Assembly (NCBI GenBank): GCA_011109175.1
Contig: RDEW01000134.1
Span: 1-49,557 of the forward strand
Source of the DNA: Dicyema japonicum
Taxonomy: Eukaryota; Animalia; Dicyemida
Direction: 5' to 3'
DNA length: 49,557 bases
In this document: one piece after another, positions 38,591-48,370 of the stretch
How the letters are laid out: each line of letters opens with the position of its first letter
Position numbering within the stretch: the first letter of the stretch is position 1
Made by a program: the position numbers and the translations under genes
Notes under the pieces: model-generated
The model's input: only the letters and a program-made list of their open reading frames with translations
Told to the model about the DNA's origin: nothing
The model's database searches: none

Positions 38591-38960
38591 TTATTATTAA
38601 TTTTTTTAATAACCCCGCGAACACCGAAAAAAAAGACAAAAAAGTCAAACAGTTAGGTGATCTCAGTCCTCGCAATCAATTGTGCCATTCGACGTCTGTG
38701 ATTTTCCATCGTCCCCACTACTTTCCGGAAGACCCTTCTCTCGGTCTTGCAGAGGAATCCGATCGGGGAGGGGAATTTCTTATCCAATCGGGTTTCTCTT
38801 GCTATGGAAAGGATCAGGCGAAGCGGATTTCCATCTTTCTCACAGACACGGAGAAATCTGGAGCCACGACTACGGATCTTAGCTTCCATGAGTAGTGGGT
38901 CGACTGTTGATCCATTACGTGGGCAAAGCATACTGATTGTTTTTTGGTGTATCGAGTTGA
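38590..38960 (-). mobile_element. Jockey-like LINE 3' end (ORF C-terminus, 3' UTR, (TAA)n tail)
   Basis: ORF 38653-38931 (NPL...RLDKKFP...VGTMENH..M..LIARTEIT*) homologous to the 5.6-kb element; tail TCGGTGTTCGCGGGGTTATTAAA(A)nTTAATAATAATAA. Confidence 0.65.
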
Positions 38961-39101
38961 TTATTATTAATTAAGGTGTTTTAGCTTTTTAGAGACCGGA
39001 TTGAAATTATTATTAATATATTATTAATAGTTATTTAATTTTAAACTAATTTAATTTGTCATTTTTGAATTAATTTGTCAAGTGGAGTTATATTTTTTTT
39101 C

Positions 39102-40911
39102 ATGGACAAAACGAACGAAAAAGTAACTTAAATTCATAAAAAGATTATATACAAGAAATCCGAACTCATTGCCGACGACGGGACATCCTACCGGACCAGT
39201 GGGACACTCTCTATCATAAAATCAGTACGACTTTGTTAAAAATTAAGAATAACCTAGTGTTTTTAGAGTGGAAGGCTCATTTTCCTCTAAAAATAACATC
39301 ATTTAATGACGGATGGGAAATCATAGATGTGGTCAATGAGAGTTGTCTCCCGGTTGTACTCTAGTTGACACTGACAGGATTCTATTATCCAATGTAGATA
39401 TGCTACACTACAACCTGTCAAAACTATCCATTAATTCATCCCACTCACAGTGGCACATCTTTACCTTCCCCTGCTGTGACGTCGTCCTCTTTGTCCACAA
39501 ACTGAGAGGGTATGTCTCACTTGAAAAGTTAGTTTCCTCTCTATTTCAGAATATCTGTCAATAACTACAAGGTCACTGCTGTTGCTCCCTCAGAACGACC
39601 TGATTTCAAAGAACTCTCATCTTCATACGAGGTAATTATCGGTAACACGTTAAGGGATCTGCGGATACCCGCACTTTTCTAGCGCCTATCCTCTCCGGTA
39701 TCTTCTCATTCGCCTCACAGACTATTATGAAGTCAGCAATCAAAGTAATCACTGAGGAGGACCATATTGACAGACCCAATGAGGTATCGTACCCTGAGTT
39801 GGCTGAACGCCCGTTCATTACGAGAGAAAATAGACTCACTATAGAAGAGTTCGATAAGATGTACAAGGCAACATTGTCGACTCGAGCCTTTTATGGGGTC
39901 ACGCTTGTTCTTTTACTCAAAGGGTTTGGATAATACGCTGAGACCGCGTGTTTGGACAATTTGGTTGGGGTTCTACGAGTGGGACAGTGGGTAGACGACA
40001 GGGAGAGGCGTTATAGAGAAAAAAGGTTTATGTCTTTAAGTTAATTCCCAGAGAGGAATATATGGTGATGAAGACTCAGTGGAAGACCATGACTGAGGAT
40101 CAGTGGCGGAGGAACAAGATAATGAGGGAGAACTTGTCCATGATTGGTAAGGATTTCATTTAATGTAAGATAAGGACGTACATAGGACTGATAGGGACAC
40201 TGAATATTTTTCAAAGGAGGACAATTTGTGCACATTGAAGGAAATATTAATAACATACTGCTGTTATGATTCTGATTTGGGTTATTTGGCTCATTATAGT
40301 AGGTTACATTCAGGGAATGAACGACATCCTCGCCATGATCTTGATCACCATACAGGATGAGATCATAGCTTTTTGGTGTTTTTGTAATCTGATGGAACGA
40401 GTGGTGAGGAGACCTATTAACTGGTAGCACTCCAACTTTGAGCCGGAACTGCCTGGAATTCGCCGTCAACTCTTGGAATTTGCCTCCCTGCTTGAGAATG
40501 TGATCCCCGACGTGTACAAACATTTGGGTAGTTGTCTCTATCACCCTAGTTGGTCAGGGAATCAGTGAGATTCTGTTCTGTCTTAGGTGGTTCATTGTCT
40601 TCTTCAAGCGAGAGTTCTCAATTTCTGACTCTTTTCTAATTTGGGATGCCATTTTGTCTGAGCACGTGGCTAATTTCCATTATTTGATTGGATTGGCCTT
40701 GTTAGACAACTGTCGTAGTTCAATTGTCAAAGCAAATGACATTGCTGATATCATTGATGTATCTGAGTGGGTTATGTAGATTATAAACAACGTGGGCAGT
40801 TCTGCCAAGGTGGAGGATATTCTTTGCACTGCTGTCAGTATTGGAGTTCAGATTGGACGTTCAGACTGTATTTCAGATGTCCTGAAGGATTTCGTTAAAA
40901 TGAATTATTAA
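39102..40911 (+). CDS. TBC1D15: TBC-domain Rab GTPase-activating protein, TBC1D15/TBC1D17 (Gyp7) family, about 511 aa, 13 exons
   Basis: FYGG...LR.RVW, MKTQWK, IDKDVHRTDR (Arg finger), GYIQGMND (Gln finger), AFWCF, RWF.V.FKREF. Introns: 39123-39143, 39225-39247, 39342-39364, 39528-39549, 39632-39654, 39898-39922, 40026-40051, 40147-40169, 40281-40302, 40404-40427, 40528-40549, 40759-40779. Needs one extra G near 39990; TBC1D17 not excluded. Confidence 0.9.
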
Positions 40912-41039
40912 ATTTTAATATTTTCTTTATTAAAACTTACAAATTATATTTTAATTTTTACTCTCTACCTTAGTTTATTTCCTATTTTTGTATAAATCGA
41001 ATAAAAAAAATCAATTGTAATTAATTAACACTATGCAAG

Positions 41040-44000
41040 CTGAATTCTTCTTTTTGGCATTTGCCCTTTGTATAACCCTTACTGTTCCCCTCGTATACCA
41101 CTTGAGAAAGCAAATCACTAAACAAGACAGCTGTTTCTCTTGGGTCCTCTTCGACGTCACCTCCGAGTTCAGAGGTTCTTGAGATAAGATGATTAGTCAC
41201 TCTTGTAACCTCATCGTAGTTATCAATTTCAGCCCAGGTCTATGCTCGATTATCATGCTCTCTAAAGTTTTTTAATCGTCATTGATTAGATGTACGCCCT
41301 TGTAGAGACATCCACGTTGAGTCTCTCCATATAGGATTTGTAGTACTTTGTTACTACTCCATCCCATGTCAAAACAATTGGAATTATTGTCACATTGGCC
41401 TTGTGAATTTGTGCTATTTCACCTGCCATAAAATCGTTTTTTTAATCGTCATTGATTAAATGTACGCCCTTGTAGAGACATCCACGTTGAGTCTCTCCAT
41501 ATAGGATTAATTGGGTTTTTCCACTTCAACATGTTTTAGCAAATCTTAGGAAGTGATCCTACTTCTATTAGTATTATTTCGTTTTTGGATTCATCGTGTA
41601 CAAAAATATTAGGTTTGTTATTTTTAACTTGTATATCCGTTTGTAGTGTTGTATCGACTCGTATTTCAACTTTACTGTTTGACACAATCGATTGGACTGT
41701 ATGCGTCTTTACCCTCTTGGTTCTTTTTATCAATATCCTGGTACACCGTGTAGCCAAGTGATCCACACTTTTTGGCCATACCACAATGACTGCAATTTGC
41801 TTTCATCTCTTCAAAGAACAGATTCCGATCCTGTATCATGCAGTACATTGTTTCCGACCTCGGACTATTGTTTCCCCAGTGAGCCATTCTGTTGATCCAT
41901 TGATATCGAATTTCGTATTTTCAAAACACTTAAATATAATTGAATGAAGCAATTTCTGATTAGTCTTCTCCAAATAATTCTTCTTTTGATTTTCCTTTAT
42001 ATTGTCAGTGTTCGAGTTGGATAGGTCATCCACATTGTATTTGAGTGCAATAAATCTTGCGATAGTGGTCATATGTGTTTTCCTTTGTTTTAAAACCGCA
42101 AGATTCCTGCCCTTCGAAGACACATGGAAGATTCCTCTCAAGGTCGGTCAAAAATTGAAATAACATGCATTCACTTTAATCAGAAATTGAGGTTAATCCT
42201 CTTCCAAAACTATTCCTGCTGAGATATAATCTTTCTTTGTTAGCAGGTTTTAAGTGCACTCGTAAGTTAGATAGTATACGTCGGATTTCTAAATCAATAG
42301 CTTCGCATTCACGTGGTTCAATGTCGATAAACCCAATATAATAATTATGTAGCGAAAATGCGTATTCATTTATCGCTTTAAACAAGTTTGCAGCGTTTAA
42401 TTTCGAATTCGCCAGCATCTCTATCATTTTCATCACATTTTCAGCGATTTTTTCTATAACTTTGTCTTTCATAACCTTACTCCCTTTATCTTCTAGCACT
42501 CCAAGATAGCGATATCCCTCACAACCATCCAGATAACTTGTATCTTTGGCACATTTCAGATTAGTTGCAGACATTTCACAGTTTCTTTTAAGGCCAATAA
42601 CACCCAGATATTCATCAATATCCTCCATCATTTTTAGAATAGTATTTTCATATTCGGCAATTATTTTCAGGTCGTCAATAAAAAGAAAATGGTTAGTTGC
42701 ATATGTCACAATAGACGGATCACTCTGATCAATACATATGTTCGAGAATTTTATATTTAATATTCGGCTTAGTGGGTCCATTACCAGAGTAAACAGCTGG
42801 ATGGAGAGTGAGTCTCCTAGCAAGATTCCTCTCCGAGTTTGATCTTTCCGATTTTTTTGTTAAGGTTCGAAATAACATTCCACTTGCTTATTAGATTCTT
42901 GATAAACTTCACAATCTACTCAGAAACTCCAGAGCTATCAAGAACACGACACAAAAATTCATTATTGACAGAATCGAAAGCTTTATTCACATCAATCCAT
43001 GTTGTGAATAAGCTATTTCCATGTTCAGCATTAACACACTGATTTATTAAAGCCTGCTCCGTGTTGCACTTTGGCACTGTCTTCTTGCTCCAAGCTGATT
43101 ATCAGAGATAAGATTGAACCCTTCAATATAATCCGTAAGTTTTGTCTTAACACACTTTGTGACAAGTTTTTACAATATAAGCATGCACGTAATTGGTCGT
43201 ATGTCATTCGGAGAACTCCAGTATTCTTTTTTTCGGAATGAGGTAAGTAATCCTGTATAGAACCATTCTTCCGGACAATATTCACCACTCACTATCTTGA
43301 TAATCTCTCCACTCAGATAACTATCAAGAAAATCAAATTTCATGACAAAAAATCCATATACTCCATCACAGCCAGAGCTCTTCCAATTCGGCGTATAGTG
43401 AATAATGTTCTTAACGAACTCAACTGTCATATCTAACGGTCACTCCTCTGCTCCTGTTATTCGTCCCAACAAAATTTCTGTGAGAATAATTCTGATTTTT
43501 CCCATACATCTTTCCAAAATGACACGCACTCATCTTCTGTAACTTTACAATCTCCATTATTGACGTCATCGTTGAGCCTCCTATAAAACCTTTTCTTGTT
43601 CATCTCAAAACAAAAATTATCTCGTCTAAAGGATTTTCTTGATTCATGAATTGAGATTTTTTCCCCGTGATCTTGATTTTGTCTTCAATTAGGGTAGAGA
43701 TCCTTTTCAGTTCTCCCTTCTTTGATTTCTTGTATCCAAACGAGCTTAAGCCGAGTGCATAGTGGTTAGGTGTCGGGCTAAAGTGGCTTAGGTTACGGGT
43801 TCGATTCTCGCTGCTGTTCACCTGGTGGAAGGTTCCACGCATCTACGATGCTAAAAGAATTTGACGAGTGACGCCAGCTCTCCCTTCTTTGATTTCTTGT
43901 ATAAAACGTCAAGCGTTTTCTCCCTTTCTTCTTCTGACTGCTTCCCAGTAAACTCATAGACTAAGGAGCAATTATCTTTGAATTTTGCAATTCTCTCTTC

Positions 44001-44200
44001 TCCACGTTTTTCCTCCAACAGTTTTTTACTGATTGCTTCTTTGTCAAATTTTCATATGCGCATTGTGCAGCATAAATAATGTCAGTTATCTCATTCATGT
44101 CCGATGACACATAATTTGATATCACTGCATTTAGTGTAGTAAAAACATCCTTTTTAAAAAACTTATATAGAATCTACTGTGTGGGTTTCCTTCCATCTCG
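41040..44200 (-). mobile_element. R4/Dong-like RLE retrotransposon, long degenerate copy
   Basis: IIYAAQ, NWKSSGCDG, RPITCM, AFDSV, GDSLS..LF..VMDPLS, FIDDLK, YRYLGV, QDRNLF, CSHC..DHLATRC, NKPNI, IEVG. Confidence 0.92.
43736..43878 (+). mobile_element. SINE family 1, 3'-truncated copy with 24-bp TSD
   Basis: Box B GGTTCGATTCT; TCTCCCTTCTTTGATTTCTTGTAT at 43712-43735 and 43879-43902. Confidence 0.88.
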
Positions 44201-44214
44201 GAGAGCTGATTTAA

Positions 44215-45120
44215 CTCTCTCAATTTGGACATAAACCTTCCTCGCCTGCCTGTTCGCCAGCCTCCTCAGGCAGGTTCGATTCTGGTTGCTGAAACAACTC
44301 CGAGAGCGCCTTGTCTAATTGAACCCTCTGCCCATATGGCATCTCAGGGCTCTGCCTCCTATACTCCAGTGTCAGGCCTCTCTAGGGTCCGCTTTAACAC
44401 AGTGGACTGTAGATAGGCCTGGAGCTTCCTATCTACCCCAACTGCTTCAGATAACCCTTGTGGTACTTTGTTGCAATTCCTTCCCACGTCATTACTATAG
44501 GAATAACGAGGACCTTGCAACCAAGCATCTGCCCCATCTCGTTTGCAAGAAAGTCATACTTCCTTTTTTTCTCCACCTCCACAGTCTGCAAACGGTCTTG
44601 AGACGTGATGCCAACCTCTATGATAAGGACTTGGCCAGACTCCTTATCGTGTACCACAATGTCCGGTTTATTGTGCTTGACTAGCACCGAGGTACGGATA
44701 ACACTGTCTACCTTAATTTGGACCCTGGTGTTCTCTACTACAGATTGCACCTTATGAGTCCGCAACTTTCTGGTGTGGCGAATACCATACTTATTGCATA
44801 GTAGAAGATGAAGACTCCTTACTACCTCGTGTGCTCCACACATAAGTCGTGGCAGCAAGATCTCTTGCTGACCGAACGCGACAGAAACTTATCGTGGGAG
44901 GACTTGAAGTTGGTAGATATCCTGTGCAACTGGATCTTCTTGGATCTGACTCCAAGAAAAATTCTGACTCTTTGGGATGATCTGGGGAATGTTTGAAATA
45001 CCTTGCTTGGAACATACTTATGTCAGTGGCTTTTCCCTTTTTCATCCATGCGTTGTCGCTTACTCACTCAGGATCAACCTCATCGAGGACAAAACTATTG
45101 AAAAAAAGAGACCCTGAATT
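44215..45120 (-). mobile_element. R4/Dong-like RLE retrotransposon 3' part (second subfamily)
   Basis: FQARY, CRFC..VDHL, HEVVRSLHL, NKPDIV, IEVGITSQDRLQ.VE.EK.RKYD. Confidence 0.9.
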
Positions 45121-45994
45121 GCGCATGGTGACTCAAGAGACGCATTAATCTTCACAAAAAATCTTAAAATTTATTCCTGAAACCGGACTGGTTATATGTT
45201 CTACCAGAAAATACATCAAATTACATGGAGGTATTAAAGAAGGAATGATTGGACATCTTAACATATTCTACCTTATATAAAGACCATTTGGGCAATAATA
45301 AATCCCCAAAACAGAACAATAAAATAGACAGGATAATAAAAATTTATGAAAATATTTGTCAGGAATCTAAGGATTCAATTAAATCAGGCCAATCGTTTTA
45401 ACCTTCTCCATATGAATAACGTCTCGATGTTACTTCTTGGCTTATACTTTTTATTTAAATTCTCGGAGCGGAGTGGGCACTTCTCTAAACATCCTTCACT
45501 TTTCCTGAATTACATATACAGTACGACACTCCCAATAGAAAAAGTGCCACAAAATAAGGGTATATATATTTCTTGCATTTTAAAACTATTATTTGTATTT
45601 TAATAACAAAATATGTTGTTTCGATAAAAAAGAAATTTAATTTATTTTATGAGAAATAATCAGTTATTTTAAACTCAGTATTATACTGGACACCTTCTCA
45701 GGAGCCAGATTGTTGACGGCGAAGCACTCTCCTGGAGACGCCTCTCAAGTAACATCTTCATCTTTTTCTGGAGATTCAACATACTTTCGATAGGTACGAC
45801 TACACAAGAGATTTTCCACTAACTATAATACGACCGTCGGATCCTCTGACCTAAAGAAGAGTCACCCATATCACGACTTTAGAGAGTTTTGTATTCCTTA
45901 ACTTGCTTCTGAATATAGGTCAGAGAATTTTAAAAATTTGTTCCCAAACCGTAATTTCGTAACAAACTTAACTTTTTTTTCCGTTTTGCGCTAT

Positions 45995-46138
45995 CCAGCC
46001 TTTGGTCCGATTCCAATCCTCAAAGAATCGTCGTCCAAAAAGGTTCCGAGTTTGGGCAAGGTATTGCACCAAGCCATGCTCCACTCCCTCTACTTGAAGC
46101 TGAGACCAAACGAGCCAGACGATGTTGATTTGCTTTTT
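45995..46138 (-). mobile_element. Internal CRE fragment near-identical to 3975-4115
   Basis: About 7 differences over ~140 nt, by eye. Confidence 0.88.
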
Positions 46139-46249
46139 TTCGAAAATTTATAAAGGAAAAAAAGTCAAGTATTGAAAAAATTATTAAAAATTTAAAGATG
46201 CTAGTAGTATCACAAAAAATGCATATAAACTAAAAAAGACAACTTGATT

Positions 46250-47932
46250 TTTTTTCACGCTTACGGACTTGACTTTTTTTCCTACAATCCATTACCCACA
46301 TCCAGTGGTGAATTGTATTTGAATGTTTTGTTGTATATCTTAGTTAATAGCTCAGAGATCTCGGTCGGTGCATATTTGAGAAGTTCTGCATTTATGTTGT
46401 CAGGGCCAGCAGCTCTATTGTTGTTCAGTTTGTCCAGGGTTTTTTTTGTTTCCAGAATCGTTATCGGAAATTTAGTTCTCGTGCTTCACCATCGATTTGT
46501 TAGATTTTTCCCGTGGTTTTGATTGAAGGCCTGCTGCTAATGGCTGATATGGCCGATAAATTTAATTTTTGTTTAACATAGTCTTTCCAAACTGATAATG
46601 TATTGTGATTTTTAATGACTGCGTGTCTCTATGTAGTAGGTGAACAGCCTTGAACATCTGCGCTCCGTTTTTGAGCCTTTCTACTTCTTTAACCATTCCA
46701 ACAAGTATATTTTCCTTTATTTCCCTCGTTCTTTTCTTTATTTTATACAGGGTTTGGTTCCGCATGACTCTTAGAATGTGTTCCTTTGCCTGGTCTTGAC
46801 AGGTTTCGACCTGTAAACGTAGGTTCCTCTACAATTTGGATAGTTCTTCAAGCTCATGGTCATAGTGTCCGTTGAAATGCTTCGGTTTTACTCCGACTGT
46901 TGAATGGGCCGCGCACTTTATTGCATCGATGGTGTCTTGCCACAGCTCCCAGGCATTTTTTCTTTATTCCACTGTCTGATCTTTTCTCTCAATGTATTTT
47001 GATAGCTTTCCCGAGTGGGTTCCACCATGCAGAGTTGCTCAACTGCGAACCTCTTCTCAAATATCCGTATGCCAGCCGCTTTGGAAACCCCAAAATATCG
47101 TTTGAAGAAGAAACGTGCCACGACTAATCTGTGATCACTATCTACTAGTGTCCCACTGTAGCTCCGAGAATCTGTTAGCAGTGCCTTGTAGGCTTGTTTG
47201 CAGATAGTGTAATACATTTGGTTATATATAGGCTTGATAGTCCCAGATTTGTCCTTTCGGTAACAGCTCCATGTCGTCTTATGTTTTGCTGAGTGCCTGA
47301 AAGCAGTATTGCATATAAATAGTTTGAATGTATTGCAAAATTCGATAAGCGATTCTACTGACTGGTTCCTGATCTCTCTTCCATGGCTTCCCATGAATTC
47401 TTCGTGACTACTCCCACATCCTGCCTTTGCGTTCCAATCTCCGCCAATGTATGTCATAAACGATGTATCCAAAGATGCACATAGTTGCGACAGGGAGGAA
47501 TAGAAGTCGTCTAGTTCGTCTCCATTGATTGATACTCTCACCGAAGTTGGTGCATATACATTAATAATGGAGATTATGAATTGTTCCTTTAACCGTATTT
47601 TAATTGTAAAACACACATTCTATCACTCACCCTCCACGTCTTGTGGATTCGATTGTTCAGTTCTTTTTGTATTGCAAATCCCATGCCGTAGTGTGGGCAA
47701 TTCGAAGGGTGCAGAATCAGGCGGAAATCATTGTTGATTTCATCTAGTCCGCCTTTTACTTTCGTTTCCTGTAAGCACGCCACGGTTACTTGTACGATCC
47801 AAGATCCATGCATAAATTTCTTCTTTTAGTATCCGACTTTAATCCTCTTACATTGAACGAGCTAATGGTGAAAGATCCCGAAGAAAAGCACGAAAAAGAC
47901 ATGTGCAATAGAGCCACGTCACCAGCTTAACC
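46250..47932 (-). mobile_element. RTE-like LINE 5' half (5' UTR, APE, linker)
   Basis: MSFSCFSSGSFTISSFNVRG, CLQETK, NVYAPT, GGDWNAK, SDHRLV, NKAAGPDNI.AELLK. Confidence 0.92.
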
Positions 47933-48020
47933 AAAATTAAATATACTTTTTAATTAATAAAATAAATCAATTTAAAAAAATTAATTAAACTGATACTCTA
48001 TTTCTAATAATAAAGCTTCA

Positions 48021-48365
48021 GGTCTTCTGGCTGAATACAACGTCTAATGACATCGGATCTGAAGGTCGTGGGTTCAAATCCGAAATCAAATCCGAAAGAT
48101 TGAGTTTTCAGCGAAGGTCAATTCTTGTCAAACAGATCCCACCGTGAGGCGACGAGTCCTTTTGCACGACACAGTTGTTAAAAGGGATCTTCCTACTTTC
48201 TCCTTGACCCTATGAAGATTGCATTATGAAAACTATTCCGCTAAAGAATGAAGTGATGTCACGACGGTAGGACGTGGGACAAAAATAAAAGAGGGCGGAC
48301 TTACTTCTCCACTTCTCTAAGCAGATGTTCTCCTTTTGGTCCCTTCCTTGGATTAGTTAGTTATA
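48021..48365 (+). mobile_element. tRNA-Arg(UCG)-like head with non-tRNA body: SINE family 3 or tRNA pseudogene
   Basis: TGGCTGAAT box A; CGTCT..GACATCGGATC.GAAG anticodon region; box B GGTTCAAATCC (48071-48081); no 3' acceptor stem. Confidence 0.5.
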
Positions 48366-48370
48366 ACTGT

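Noticed and set aside
48150-48185. CGACGAGTCC...CACGACAC, a hammerhead-like remnant
   Set aside because: The core deviates at several invariant positions and stems I and III could not be formed
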